Origin: a bacterium
Lineage (GTDB): Bacteria; Patescibacteriota; Microgenomatia; Levybacterales; UBA12049
Assembly: GCA_021813145.1 (NCBI GenBank)
Contig: JAKALS010000001.1
Span: 3,515 to 67,514, forward strand
Length of the DNA: 64,000 bases
Direction of reading: 5' to 3'
Under the pieces are notes generated by a model. It saw only the letters and a program-made list of their open reading frames with translations. It searched no databases and was not told where the DNA came from. A program made the translations under genes and the position numbers. This document shows, piece after piece, positions 37,657 to 48,516 of the stretch (positions are counted from its first letter, which is position 1; the number at the start of each line of letters is the position of its first letter).

Positions 37657-39906
37657 TCAAGCTCCGGAATTTGAAGTTAGAAGTTTTTTATATATATCTA
37701 CCAATGCAAAGTAAGCAGGTTTTGGTTGAAATTCTGAATCGAAAATCATAGCATCTGCGGGGTGGCTTGAGCTACCTGGCTGATTATTTTCATACCATTC
37801 ATACTCATCCGTAAAACCACCAATCCCAAAGCTTCCCCCAACGCTTAAGACAGCAGTGGCAATATCCGAATATACCTTTGCTTGGGCTTGGTCAACATTA
37901 GTAACCGTTACAGCTTTTGGTGTAGTAGAATCCCAGGGGTTAACGTCTGATGTTACAACTGTTGTTTCCCCGGAGATTATTTGATAGCCCAAAGCTTTAA
38001 TTTGATTTAGAATATTTAACATATATTGTTCGTTTGGCGGATTATATACCCACATATTATTTTCAAGGCTTGCAATATCTACTGGTATTCCGGCTTGTTT
38101 AAAGTGTTTTAGGAATGACATGTATAATTGTTCTCGTTGAGCCTGATCTTCCTCAAGTATGCCGTCGTCGGTAAATCTCAGCTTTGCTTTCGGATTTGCC
38201 TGATGTGCCCATTCGAATACTTTATCTACAATTCCGTTTCCTAACCTGTTAAACCAAAATTTTTGCTGGTCTGTTCCCCATAACAAAATCGCGGGTACTT
38301 CAGCAGCTCCTTCCCAGTCGTAAATAACATCTTTATATTGCAAAACCTTAGTTTGAACCATAAACCGTAATAGTTCTGTAAGCTGAGAATTTGTAAAATT
38401 ACCATTTATAATAGTTTGAGGAATATCACTATTTCCCAATAGATGTTGAGCGGCTACCGTCATGTGATGTTGTTGGGCAAAGGCAATTACATTATTGGCG
38501 TCTTGCCAATTATAACCAAAATCGCCCGGAACAATTCCATTATTTAGATCCTCCGAAATTTTCGACCAGTTGGATAGAACTTTCTCCCAGTCGGCATTCG
38601 AAAAGTTTTTAAAAACATTAATTGAATCTAATTCTGCAGCAATTACCACTTGGTTTGCCACTGTTTCTATAGTGGAATCATAAGTAGCATCACCAAATTC
38701 TGGTCCGTAAGTAAAAACAGATAAAGTCTTGCCTTCGGCATCCGCATATTCTCTGAGCGTGTAATCTGCGAGACTTTCTTTGTCCGTTGCCCATATCCAG
38801 GAGCTTTGTCCATAGTCATACCTTGCTCTTGCTACAACCTTTCCCGAAGAATCCTCTGCAGCAATTCTGCCATCTTTGAGTTGTACTATTTTATCGTTTG
38901 AGAATTGAGAGGGAAGTTCTGCTATGACAGGATTTGCTTCGGGAACAGGTTTTCCCTGGACTTTAGTTCTTAGGGGGTCGGTGTTAAGGAAGAACGATCC
39001 TTCTGTTTGTCCTATTAGAGTCATAAAATTACTGTCCACCCTTCCGGGAGTAAGAGTGCTTCCGTCTTTGAATAATATTTCCTGAGCTTTATCATCGTAG
39101 CTTCCTCCTACCCTTGCCAGTATATCCTGAAGGGAAGTTCCTTCGGTTTGGCCCTGAGAGAGAAGGGGAATAGATGCAAGGTACATTTTCGGACTTTTAT
39201 CTTTTGTTCTTGTAGTATCATCGAAAGCGACAACCGCCTCGTTTCCAAATAACCCCAGAAGTGTCATATTAGCGCCTTTTTGTATTGTCATATTTTGAGG
39301 CTTTGCGTCTTTTATCACCAGAGAGCTCTGATCTCCCGGTAGGCTATTTAGATTGAATCTCGCGAGCTTCAAGTCGAGACCGGGAAACATCTCGGAAAGA
39401 TCAACGGTTCCCGTTTGTTTAGACATTTCAACTGCAGATAAAGTAAATATTAATTCCGTCACTGGGTCTCCTGAAAGACTAAAAGCATTGGATAATTGCT
39501 CATTCCACATTGATGAACTTGCCGATAATATATCCTTTATAGCTGTTTTTTGTCCGCCTATATTAAACGTTGCAGAATCACTTACGTTTTCAAAAGGTTT
39601 TGTAAAAAGATCTGTGGTTATATCAACCGCAACAGGTCTTGCTGTTTCCGGGGCAAAAGAACTGCTAATTTCACCAGAAGTCTTGTCAGGGTTTAACGAA
39701 TGTAGGGCAGGTGTTTCTGTAGGAGTGGCGCCGCCGCAGGCCGCAAGAAAAAGATCTGCAGCGAGTAATGTTCCTCCTGCTTTTAATGCCCCCTGAAGAA
39801 CTCGTCTTCTTGAAACAGGTTTTTTAAGAAAATCCTCCGAAAAATTTTCAGTGCCGGAGTTAATCTTTTGATCGACTCTATTGATTTGCTCGGAAATACT
39901 TCCCAT
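37657..39906 (-). CDS. Twin-arginine/lipoprotein-signal protein with divergent GH10 (xylanase-like) domain
   Basis: SRRRVL, LAAC lipobox; QHL, DWEGAAE, AHQANPKAKL, ISGET, FD..FQPKPAYFAL. Confidence 0.7.
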   Translation of the reverse strand: MGSISEQINRVDQKINSGTENFSEDFLKKPVSRRRVLQGALKAGGTLLAADLFLAACGGATPTETPALHSLNPDKTSGEISSSFAPETARPVAVDITTDLFTKPFENVSDSATFNIGGQKTAIKDILSASSSMWNEQLSNAFSLSGDPVTELIFTLSAVEMSKQTGTVDLSEMFPGLDLKLARFNLNSLPGDQSSLVIKDAKPQNMTIQKGANMTLLGLFGNEAVVAFDDTTRTKDKSPKMYLASIPLLSQGQTEGTSLQDILARVGGSYDDKAQEILFKDGSTLTPGRVDSNFMTLIGQTEGSFFLNTDPLRTKVQGKPVPEANPVIAELPSQFSNDKIVQLKDGRIAAEDSSGKVVARARYDYGQSSWIWATDKESLADYTLREYADAEGKTLSVFTYGPEFGDATYDSTIETVANQVVIAAELDSINVFKNFSNADWEKVLSNWSKISEDLNNGIVPGDFGYNWQDANNVIAFAQQHHMTVAAQHLLGNSDIPQTIINGNFTNSQLTELLRFMVQTKVLQYKDVIYDWEGAAEVPAILLWGTDQQKFWFNRLGNGIVDKVFEWAHQANPKAKLRFTDDGILEEDQAQREQLYMSFLKHFKQAGIPVDIASLENNMWVYNPPNEQYMLNILNQIKALGYQIISGETTVVTSDVNPWDSTTPKAVTVTNVDQAQAKVYSDIATAVLSVGGSFGIGGFTDEYEWYENNQPGSSSHPADAMIFDSEFQPKPAYFALVDIYKKLLTSNSGA

Positions 39907-39948
39907 AAAAGAGCAGTAGCCGAATTATCGCATAGAGGTTGTTTTAAG

Positions 39949-41067
39949 TCAAATCAGTCTATTTATCAATTTAGAATATTCATTTAACATATTTTCTTTT
40001 GAGAAACTTTTGCTTCTTTCCAAAGACTTTTTGCTATAAAACTTTTGGTTTTTAGTCTTTAAAATTGTATTCATGGCATTTTTCATTTCCTCTTTGTTCC
40101 CGATAGGCACAAGAAGACCAAATTCGTTTTTTCCTATTATTTCTGATGGTCCATAGGCCGCATCAGTGGAGATAATAGGAAGACCGTAAGACATTGCTTC
40201 CAGGAGTACGTAGGGTAAACCTTCTCTTCTACTTGAAAGAATAAATAAAGAAGAGCTTTTAAAAATTGTGCTCAAATTTTGCTTCCATCCTAAAAATTTT
40301 ATTTTTTGATTACCTTTTGAATATTCCTGAAGCTCCTTTTTTTGAGGGCCGTCTCCGGCTACTAAAAGTTTATATTGAGGTAGTTTTTCGGATAAAATTT
40401 TGAATGCGTCTATTAGGGTAAAAAAATCTTTTTGTTCTACAAACCTTCCTGCCGAAAAAATTATTTTACCCTTTGTATTTTTTATTCTTCCTTTTGTATC
40501 GATACCTATATAAATAGTGTTAATCTTTTTTCTAATATTAAAATCTCTTTTTATCTCTACGGCAAGCTCTTTCGATACGGAAACAAGTGCATCTGCTCTG
40601 TTATAGGTAAATCTTACCAACAAGCTTAGAATTAAGTTAACCGGAAAAACAGATTTGTTTTTTATAGTTTCCATCAAGTTAATATGAAATGAGAAAATAA
40701 TTTTGAATTTATTTAATAATAAAACTTTCTCAAAATAAGAAAGAATATTGCAGTGAAGATCTATGCTTAAAATAACGTCGGGTTCTATTTTAGACAGTTT
40801 ACTTCTAAGGATTAAAATTTCATAAAAAAAATTGAATATATTTCTAAATGATAAAAAATATTTCTGGGGATAAAATTTTTGTGGGTTAATAAATATTATA
40901 TCTTTATTTATTATTTTGCGAAAACTTGGCTTTTCAAGAACAACTATTTGTATTTGCGTATTTTTTCCAACTATTTTTTTAAGATCCAGAAGATCAAGTA
41001 CGAAACTTCCTGTTCCTCCATCTATGCTTTTCACCAACAATACAATTTTTATATTGCCTCTGCTCAT
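39949..41067 (-). CDS. Glycosyltransferase family 4
   Basis: AGRFVEQK, GDGP, SRREGLPYVLLEAM. Confidence 0.92.
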   Translation of the reverse strand: MSRGNIKIVLLVKSIDGGTGSFVLDLLDLKKIVGKNTQIQIVVLEKPSFRKIINKDIIFINPQKFYPQKYFLSFRNIFNFFYEILILRSKLSKIEPDVILSIDLHCNILSYFEKVLLLNKFKIIFSFHINLMETIKNKSVFPVNLILSLLVRFTYNRADALVSVSKELAVEIKRDFNIRKKINTIYIGIDTKGRIKNTKGKIIFSAGRFVEQKDFFTLIDAFKILSEKLPQYKLLVAGDGPQKKELQEYSKGNQKIKFLGWKQNLSTIFKSSSLFILSSRREGLPYVLLEAMSYGLPIISTDAAYGPSEIIGKNEFGLLVPIGNKEEMKNAMNTILKTKNQKFYSKKSLERSKSFSKENMLNEYSKLINRLI

Positions 41068-41134
41068 TAATCGGATTATACAATATATTTTTTGCTTTTA
41101 AGGAAAGTAGGGATATGCTAAACTAGCAAAATAG

Positions 41135-42391
41135 ATGAGAAAGAACAGAAAAAGCAGGAAAATAGCATTTGTCACTCATATGTATTATCCTTCTAATCTT
41201 ACGGGTTCATGTATCACTGTAGATAATTTGGCAAAATCTTTTCTAGATAAAGGGTATGATGTTTCGGTTATAGCTTCAACAGCACTGGAGAAAAGATACT
41301 ATTATATCCCTTTCTATTTTAGGAACTCCTCTAGAAGATTTGAGATAATTAACGGTATAAAAGTATACAGATTAGGTTGTAATCAGCTAATTTCATTTTT
41401 TGCTTATTTTGTTAGGCAATTTAAAGTAATTTTGCCGAAAAATTTTTTTAATAAGGTTGATTTTGTAAGTAGGGGGCCATATTTGGTAGGTTTATATGAT
41501 TTATTAAACAAAGAAAGATTTGATGTTATTTTCACATCTCCTTTGCCGTACTATTTGACTAAACAAGTAGCGGATACTTTAGAGAGATTGGATAAAAGAC
41601 CTCTGTTTATATTAAAACCGGAATATCATTTTATGCTTCAAGACTACAATAACCCTGAGTTTAAAAGGGTATTCGAAGCAGCGGACATTATTAATGTATG
41701 GACAAAATCAGAACTATTCGCGATAGAAAAACGGTATTCGATTAGAAGAGATAGAATTAAAATAATACAAAATGCTTTGGCTGGAAGCAGGATAAGAAAT
41801 AGGATTGATAGAGAGGAAAGAAACAGTTTTATTAGGAAATATAAACTCAAGAATAGAAAAATAATTCTATACGCGGGCGTTAAATCCAAATTTAAAGGGG
41901 CACTATTTTTGATGAAAACGGTAAACAAGTTATATAAGAAAGATAAATCTTATTTACTGATTGCTCTTGGACAGGATACTTTTGTATGGAATTTAAACAA
42001 AAGAAACATTAATAAGAATTGTCTATTGGATCTAGGTTATGTGAACAGTGAAGTGAAAGATAGAATATTTGACATTGCTGATATTTATTGTATGCCTTCA
42101 ATAAGCGAAGCGCTTGGAATATCTTATTTGGAAGCTTGGTATAGAAAAAAGCCGGTTATATCTGCAAAATCTCCCGTTGCAGAAGAAGTTATAGGATCCT
42201 CTAACGGGGGATTATTGGTAGAGTTCGGAAATCAAATTGCCTTGGAAAATGCTATAGAAACATTGTTTGGTAACAAAAGAATGGCAACAGAACTCGGTAA
42301 AAATGGATATAGATCATTGATGAACACGTATATTTTTGAGAAGGGTATTAGTAAATACTTAAAACTTTTCAATTTAAAATCAGGAAACTAG
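41135..42391 (+). CDS. Glycosyltransferase family 4
   Basis: PSISEALGISYLEAW (EX7E), KG motif. Confidence 0.9.
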   Translation: MRKNRKSRKIAFVTHMYYPSNLTGSCITVDNLAKSFLDKGYDVSVIASTALEKRYYYIPFYFRNSSRRFEIINGIKVYRLGCNQLISFFAYFVRQFKVILPKNFFNKVDFVSRGPYLVGLYDLLNKERFDVIFTSPLPYYLTKQVADTLERLDKRPLFILKPEYHFMLQDYNNPEFKRVFEAADIINVWTKSELFAIEKRYSIRRDRIKIIQNALAGSRIRNRIDREERNSFIRKYKLKNRKIILYAGVKSKFKGALFLMKTVNKLYKKDKSYLLIALGQDTFVWNLNKRNINKNCLLDLGYVNSEVKDRIFDIADIYCMPSISEALGISYLEAWYRKKPVISAKSPVAEEVIGSSNGGLLVEFGNQIALENAIETLFGNKRMATELGKNGYRSLMNTYIFEKGISKYLKLFNLKSGN

Positions 42392-43642
42392 ATGAAAAAA
42401 TTTTTAGAGGGTTTGTTTTATTTAAGTATATTATTGGTTATTTTGCCGTCATTTAAGGCAATATCTCTATTCCCAAGTTCACATGCTTTAGCAGGCTTAA
42501 TGTGGGCCGCTCTCTTTATATTTGTTTTGTATAAGAGTTTTAAAGAAAAATTAGACTTGATTTCGCATAATAGTTTATTTAAATATTTTTTCATATTTTT
42601 CGTATTTCAGTCACTATCGGTAATAAACGTAGTAAATTTTGGATCATTTTTATCTACATTTGAAAAAATATTTTTTTCCGGCATATTAGTTTTTATATCA
42701 AGCTATTTTATAAAAGATTTGAAAAGCATAAATAAGATTATATTTGTATTGTTTTTAGCATCAGCAATAAATCTACTATTGCAGGTTCTTATGTTTTTCA
42801 ATTATCAGCTTTTTCTTTATTTTGGGGGAATTTTCTTAAATAAAAGTTACCTTGATTTGATATCGGTTAATATACAAAGAGGAAGAGTTTATCTCGAAAG
42901 CTATGATGAAATGTTGATCCCTTTAATTTTGTATTTTTGGATGCAGAATAAAAATAGAAAGTTTTTGATTTGGTTTGCCTTTCTTATTCCAATTATTTCC
43001 TTTATTTCTCTATTCAGAACAAAAATTATAATGCTGGCTTTCGCACTACTTGGCTCCATGATTCTCTTTTTAAGAGAAATTAAAAGGTATTATTTAATAC
43101 CCATTGGTATAAGCGTAATAATTTTTTCTCTGTATTGGTTTTTATCTAGCCTTCAGTTTTATACGGTTTTTGACAGGCTTACCTTACAATACAGTTCGGA
43201 TCAAGGAACTATTGCAAGCAGAATAGAAAGATGGGGATTTGCTTTAGATATGGGCATTTCGTCCCCGGCTTTTGGCGTAGGACTCGGAAATTATTATGAT
43301 TATCTTCCGTCTAATAAACAGCAAAGCATAAGCACATACCAACTTGCGAATCAGGAATATGATATTGCGGCGCAGGATCCGCATAATGTTTTTTTCAGTA
43401 CTTTTGCGGAAACGGGTACCCTTGGTTTGGGAACTTTTACCTTATTGCTTCTTTATTTTATAAAAGTAGATTTTGAAGTGCTGAAAAATAAAAAGAATGG
43501 GTTGGGGAAGGCTTTCGTAATTTCATTTTGGACTTTGTTTTTATATTCTCTTGCCAATCCCTCCTCGTCAATTACCTATCAGAGTTTATTTTGGTTAACA
43601 AGAGTTGCTATTTATAAGCTGAATATAATCGAAGCTTCTTAA
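42392..43642 (+). CDS. O-antigen ligase family protein
   Basis: SRIERW, GVGLGNY, DPHNVFFSTFAETG. Confidence 0.85.
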   Translation: MKKFLEGLFYLSILLVILPSFKAISLFPSSHALAGLMWAALFIFVLYKSFKEKLDLISHNSLFKYFFIFFVFQSLSVINVVNFGSFLSTFEKIFFSGILVFISSYFIKDLKSINKIIFVLFLASAINLLLQVLMFFNYQLFLYFGGIFLNKSYLDLISVNIQRGRVYLESYDEMLIPLILYFWMQNKNRKFLIWFAFLIPIISFISLFRTKIIMLAFALLGSMILFLREIKRYYLIPIGISVIIFSLYWFLSSLQFYTVFDRLTLQYSSDQGTIASRIERWGFALDMGISSPAFGVGLGNYYDYLPSNKQQSISTYQLANQEYDIAAQDPHNVFFSTFAETGTLGLGTFTLLLLYFIKVDFEVLKNKKNGLGKAFVISFWTLFLYSLANPSSSITYQSLFWLTRVAIYKLNIIEAS

Positions 43643-43643
43643 A

Positions 43644-44483
43644 TCATTTAATAGCGCTAATTACGAAATCGTTAAGATTTAGTCCATTATTCGTAGACAA
43701 GTTTAATTTATCGCCTAATTGTACAAGTTGATCACCGCCAAAGATAAGTTGGTTATTTTTTTCAAGTAATTTCATTTTTGCAATTATTACTATATCTTGA
43801 GTTGTGTCGGTTGACCCTTCGGATACCTGGCTTGTAAAATTGTTAACTACGGCGAATACATTTTGTTCCAGTTTTTTATCGGTTACTTGAAATACCGATT
43901 GGTTTCCGTTGTAATAACTGTCTCCGATTTTAATACTGTCGTAAAGATAGGGAGCGCTTTTTCTATATGCAGCGGGATCAACCAAGTAAATTGTTTTTTC
44001 GACATATTTGTCTTGGGGAGGCGTTACGCCTAAATACAGGATTGTTCCAATAACATGGGAAGTTGGAAAACTTAGTGTAATAGGAGAGCCTACCGCAATA
44101 GGCGATCTTTGGAAGGAATAGCTTCCTGTAGTTTTATCGTAACCTGCCTGAAGTTTTAAGTTTAAAAAAATATCAAACTGATTATCGGCAAGAGAAGACG
44201 GGTAATATGTTACATTCAGTATTTCTGCTTCGGGTTGGCCTAAAATACCCGTTTGTATTTCTCCGTTATGCAACGAATCTACAATCCAAATATCGGGTCT
44301 TGAGTAATAGGATTCTGGATAATTTATCTCTACTTTTGCATAGATGTAATTTGTTTTGGACAAGAAATTTTTATATAACCCGACCAGTAAAGTTAAAACA
44401 ATTATTACAATAAAAGCCAAAAGTAAATAGTTTTTTTTTACAAAAACTATAATTTCCTTCGTTTGTTTATTTCTTAATCTCAT
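43644..44483 (-). CDS. Membrane-anchored protein (DUF4330-like)
   Basis: N-terminal TM, two repeated beta domains (..IGD.. / ..VG..). Confidence 0.5.
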   Translation of the reverse strand: MRLRNKQTKEIIVFVKKNYLLLAFIVIIVLTLLVGLYKNFLSKTNYIYAKVEINYPESYYSRPDIWIVDSLHNGEIQTGILGQPEAEILNVTYYPSSLADNQFDIFLNLKLQAGYDKTTGSYSFQRSPIAVGSPITLSFPTSHVIGTILYLGVTPPQDKYVEKTIYLVDPAAYRKSAPYLYDSIKIGDSYYNGNQSVFQVTDKKLEQNVFAVVNNFTSQVSEGSTDTTQDIVIIAKMKLLEKNNQLIFGGDQLVQLGDKLNLSTNNGLNLNDFVISAIK

Positions 44484-44529
44484 TTATTTTTTTAGGGTTA
44501 TTTAACGTAGAATTATATTATAATAAGAA

Positions 44530-46101
44530 ATGAATAAAAGCAATAGAATGCAACATCATCAGAAAAAAATCCTAACTAAGTTAATCCGCATCAACAGAAT
44601 TAGCATTCTTTTCTTGTTTATAACTGTACTAGGTTTCATTTTAAGGTTGTATTTTATATTCTCAAATGACATTTTTACAGATGAGGTTTTTTATACCCAA
44701 ATTGCGAGGCAAACTAGTTTTATTAATTTGCTTACACACAATTTTTGGATTAAGGATCATGGAATACTATATCCATTATTTTTAAAGCTGGCTCAGTGTT
44801 TAACTACAAATATCGTTTTATTAAGGACTACTAATTTATTAATATTTTTAATAATCTCGTTTGCTTTATTTAATTTTTTTCAAAAAATTAGTAAAAGCGT
44901 AAATTCTCTCATACCTATATTTCTATTTTCATTTTTGCCATATTTTATTTACATAAACAGTTCCGTTACCATCTATAATTTCGTAATGCTTTTTTCGATA
45001 TTAGCATTTATTTATGTTTCAAACCTTATATTGTTTTCTACAACTAGAGAAGAAAAATTACGTAACCCGATATTATTTCTTATCTTTTCTACATTAGCAT
45101 TTTATTCGGATTATTCGGTTGTATATTTTTATTTGCCATTAATTACATTATTATTTCTCGTTTTGAATTGGCGGAATAAAGAAGCGGAAAACTTGACGTT
45201 GTTGGGTTTTTTAAACCTAATTTTAATTTCCCCAGGGATTTTCCAGTTAATGGGTACCTTTAATAAATTCTATGCTCTAAACGGAATTTCGAGTATAGCA
45301 AATTTAAATATAATTTCATTTTTTGATAAGTTTGCAAATGTCATACTTTTTAAGTCTCAATTTTATATTTCGGAGATATTACTACTGATGCTCGTACTTT
45401 CACTGCTTTTTTTAGTTCTTAGATCAAAAAAAATAACTATACAATATTTAGCCTATTTTGGTTTAACTGGTTTCGTAATAGATTTTATATTTTTATATAT
45501 ATTTAATTCTATTTATTTCCAGATTTTTCTTGAAAGGACTTTTTGGTTTTTTAATTTCTTATTAATTTTGGGTATTTATAGTATTTCGGGTTTTTTATCA
45601 AACTTTAAAAAGTTAGCATTTATCATCTTAATGATGGTAATTGTATTTATAAAGGTTTATATAATTACATACCAACCTCCCATAATTATGAATCCGTATA
45701 TTGACTACAAGGACTTCGTTACTAAATTAGTTTCGGAAATGAATGGTAAAAATTCAACTATTATTTTAGTTGATAGAAAAGGAACAGATTTCGGAGTTCC
45801 CCTAACTAATTATTATTTTCAGGGTTTAAGCTTGTCTCAAAAAGAAAGAACAATAAATATAAATTTATACTCGAAACTTAGCTTATTATATAATGTAAAA
45901 AGTTCTACCGAAGCAGAATTCGTTTTGCCCGAAGCTGGAAACGTAATTTTTATCATTTTTGAGTTTGACGATAATAGATACTACGCATTTAGGAACGCGA
46001 TAACTAATTTTATAGGAAACAATGGATTGCGTTTGAATACGGTTTATTTTAGATTAGAATGTAAGCAAAGCAACTATTGCTATTTTAATCGAGAATTGTA
46101 A
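44530..46101 (+). CDS. GT-C fold glycosyltransferase (GT39-like)
   Basis: LR...FTDE...DHG.LY motif, many TMs. Confidence 0.7.
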   Translation: MNKSNRMQHHQKKILTKLIRINRISILFLFITVLGFILRLYFIFSNDIFTDEVFYTQIARQTSFINLLTHNFWIKDHGILYPLFLKLAQCLTTNIVLLRTTNLLIFLIISFALFNFFQKISKSVNSLIPIFLFSFLPYFIYINSSVTIYNFVMLFSILAFIYVSNLILFSTTREEKLRNPILFLIFSTLAFYSDYSVVYFYLPLITLLFLVLNWRNKEAENLTLLGFLNLILISPGIFQLMGTFNKFYALNGISSIANLNIISFFDKFANVILFKSQFYISEILLLMLVLSLLFLVLRSKKITIQYLAYFGLTGFVIDFIFLYIFNSIYFQIFLERTFWFFNFLLILGIYSISGFLSNFKKLAFIILMMVIVFIKVYIITYQPPIIMNPYIDYKDFVTKLVSEMNGKNSTIILVDRKGTDFGVPLTNYYFQGLSLSQKERTININLYSKLSLLYNVKSSTEAEFVLPEAGNVIFIIFEFDDNRYYAFRNAITNFIGNNGLRLNTVYFRLECKQSNYCYFNREL

Positions 46102-46111
46102 AGATGCTAGG

Positions 46112-46843
46112 ATGAATTTGCGACTTTCTATTATACTTCCTACATTCAATGAGAAAAATAACGTTTGTTTACTTATCGCGGGAATAAAAAATGTGTTGTC
46201 AAACTTCGAATATGAAGTAATCATGGTAGACGATAATAGTCCGGATGGAACGTATAAAAAAATAGCTGAAGAATTTGAAAAAGATGGATATGTCAGGGCT
46301 ATATTAAGGAAAAATGAGAGAGGGTTGGGGACGGCGATACTTCACGGAATAAATAATTCAAGATATCCAATTATTGTCGGAATGGACGCAGATTTTAACC
46401 ACCCGCCCGAACTTATCCCTCAGTTATTAAAAGAAATCGAAAATAATGATTTGATAGTTGCCTCCAGATTTGTAAAGGGCGGGGGAATGGAGGAAAAAAG
46501 AAGGTATTATCCTACATTAATCTTTAATAATTTTTTAAAACACATCTTAGGTTTTCCTACGATGGATAATATGAGCGGATTTTATGCCGTAAAACGTGAA
46601 AAACTCTTGCAACTTCCACTTGAAAAGATATATAAAGGTTATGGTGAATATCACCTCCGTTTGGTGTATTCGGCAAAGAAAAAAGGTTTTCGGATAAAAG
46701 AGGTTCCGGTAGTTTATAAAAAAAGAAAATACGGAAAGTCAAAATCCAATCTGCCTAAAATGTTTTTCCTGTATTTATCCGAAGCTTTAAAGTTGAAGTT
46801 ATTTTATGCGAAATTCTTACAGGATTCCGGTTTCAAAGCCTAA
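46112..46843 (+). CDS. Polyprenol monophosphomannose synthase-like GT2
   Basis: PTFNE, DDNSPDGT, MDADFNHPP, SRF, R..GKSK. Confidence 0.9.
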   Translation: MNLRLSIILPTFNEKNNVCLLIAGIKNVLSNFEYEVIMVDDNSPDGTYKKIAEEFEKDGYVRAILRKNERGLGTAILHGINNSRYPIIVGMDADFNHPPELIPQLLKEIENNDLIVASRFVKGGGMEEKRRYYPTLIFNNFLKHILGFPTMDNMSGFYAVKREKLLQLPLEKIYKGYGEYHLRLVYSAKKKGFRIKEVPVVYKKRKYGKSKSNLPKMFFLYLSEALKLKLFYAKFLQDSGFKA

Positions 46844-47918
46844 TTTAACAAAAGAAGATTTTAAAGAGATTAAAAAGACATTTGATTCTTCATGGATTTC
46901 CTCCAAAAGCCCCGTTGTTGAGGAGTTTGAAAAAGCGTTTGCCAAAAAGGTAAGCAAAACAAAATACGCGGTCTCCGTAAACAGCGGTACATCGGCTTTA
47001 TTTCTGGCTTTAAAAAGTTTGGGAGTAGGCGAGGGAGACGAGGTAATAATTCCTTCCCTTACAATGATTGCCTCCATTAATGCCGTAACCTTAACGGGGG
47101 CAACACCGGTTCTTGTAGACTGCAGGTCTTTTGAGGATTTTATCTTTGATTTGGAAGAAGTGGAAAAAAAGATAACAGAAAAAACAAAAGTAATAATGCC
47201 CGTACACCTTTATGGATACTCCTGCGAAATGGATAAGCTTGTAAAACTTGCCAAAGAAAAAAAGATTTATATCGTAGAAGACGCGGCAGAAAGCATGGGC
47301 GCAACTTATAAAGCGAAATTTTTGGGAAGTTTTGGAGACGCTTCCTGCTTTTCTTTATACTCCAATAAAATCATTACGACGGGAAACGGGGGAATGGTTG
47401 CCACTAATAACAAAAAGCTTTTTGACCTTTTAAGAAAGATAAGGTTTTTTGATTTTAACGAAGATTCCCATTTTACCCACCATGTCATCGGCTATAACAT
47501 GGTTCTTTCCGGCCTTTCGGCCGCCCTGGGCCTTTCCCAGACCAAAAGGTTTGATAAGATGCTTGCAAAAAGAAGGGAAATCTTCAAAACCTATAAAAAA
47601 TATCTTATAAAAGGGGACAAATATTTTATTCCCGAGCCTTTAAAAAACCAGAACCCCAATTTCTGGTTTCCCGCAGTAATTTTTAAAAGCAAAAAGACAA
47701 AAGAAAAAGTAAGACTGGGGCTTTTAAAAAGGGGGATAGAAACAAGAGTTTTTTTCCGTCCGCTTAATACCCAGCCCGTATATAAAGATTTGTTTAAAGG
47801 TCAAAAATACGAAAAAGCGGAGTTTTTATATTCGAACGGTTTACTTTTGCCTTCTTTTTACGAGCTTAAGGAAAGTCAGATAAAAGAGATAACTTCTTTA
47901 ATAAATTCTTTTGTTTAG
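46806..47918 (+). CDS. DegT/DnrJ family NDP-sugar aminotransferase (perosamine synthetase-like)
   Basis: NSGTSAL, PVHLYG, EDAAES, SLYSNKIITTGNGG. Confidence 0.92.
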   Translation: MRNSYRIPVSKPNLTKEDFKEIKKTFDSSWISSKSPVVEEFEKAFAKKVSKTKYAVSVNSGTSALFLALKSLGVGEGDEVIIPSLTMIASINAVTLTGATPVLVDCRSFEDFIFDLEEVEKKITEKTKVIMPVHLYGYSCEMDKLVKLAKEKKIYIVEDAAESMGATYKAKFLGSFGDASCFSLYSNKIITTGNGGMVATNNKKLFDLLRKIRFFDFNEDSHFTHHVIGYNMVLSGLSAALGLSQTKRFDKMLAKRREIFKTYKKYLIKGDKYFIPEPLKNQNPNFWFPAVIFKSKKTKEKVRLGLLKRGIETRVFFRPLNTQPVYKDLFKGQKYEKAEFLYSNGLLLPSFYELKESQIKEITSLINSFV

Positions 47919-48513
47919 TATGTTTCAAAGACCTGTTGCTCTTATTCTGCTTATATTATCCCTGCCGTTTCTTACTGTATTTTTTATCCTGATAAAAATT
48001 TCCTCAAAAGGCCCGTTTATCTTCAAGCAAAAAAGAACGGGTAAGGGCAAAAAAGTTTTTACCATGTATAAAATAAGGACAATGGTGGACAAGGCTGAAG
48101 GCCTTAAGAAGAAATACAAAAAACTAAACGAAGTTGACGGGCCCGTTTTTAAGATAAAGGACGATCCCAGGTTTACAAAAGTAGGGAAAATCCTTTCCTA
48201 TACGGGCTTGGACGAACTCCCGCAATTTTTTAATGTTTTAAAAGGCGATATGGCATTCGTTGGGCCGAGGCCTTTGCCTGTCGATGAGGCAAAAAAGGTA
48301 CCAAAAAAATACGGGGAAAGATTTAGCGTATTGCCCGGTATAACTTCGCCCTGGGTTGTAGGGGGCCAGCACAGGCTTAAATTCAGGGAGTGGATGGAGC
48401 TGGATGTAGAATATTCGAAAAGAAGATCTAGGGCTTATGACTTACGAATATCATTATTGACGTTTTTGCTGATACTAAAACTGATCGGAAGAAAGTTTTT
48501 GGGAAAGGCATAG
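47911..48513 (+). CDS. Priming phosphoglycosyl transferase (bacterial sugar transferase)
   Basis: KIRTM, DDPRFT, LDELPQ, VGPRP, PGIT. Confidence 0.93.
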   Translation: MFSMFQRPVALILLILSLPFLTVFFILIKISSKGPFIFKQKRTGKGKKVFTMYKIRTMVDKAEGLKKKYKKLNEVDGPVFKIKDDPRFTKVGKILSYTGLDELPQFFNVLKGDMAFVGPRPLPVDEAKKVPKKYGERFSVLPGITSPWVVGGQHRLKFREWMELDVEYSKRRSRAYDLRISLLTFLLILKLIGRKFLGKA

Positions 48514-48516
48514 CTT

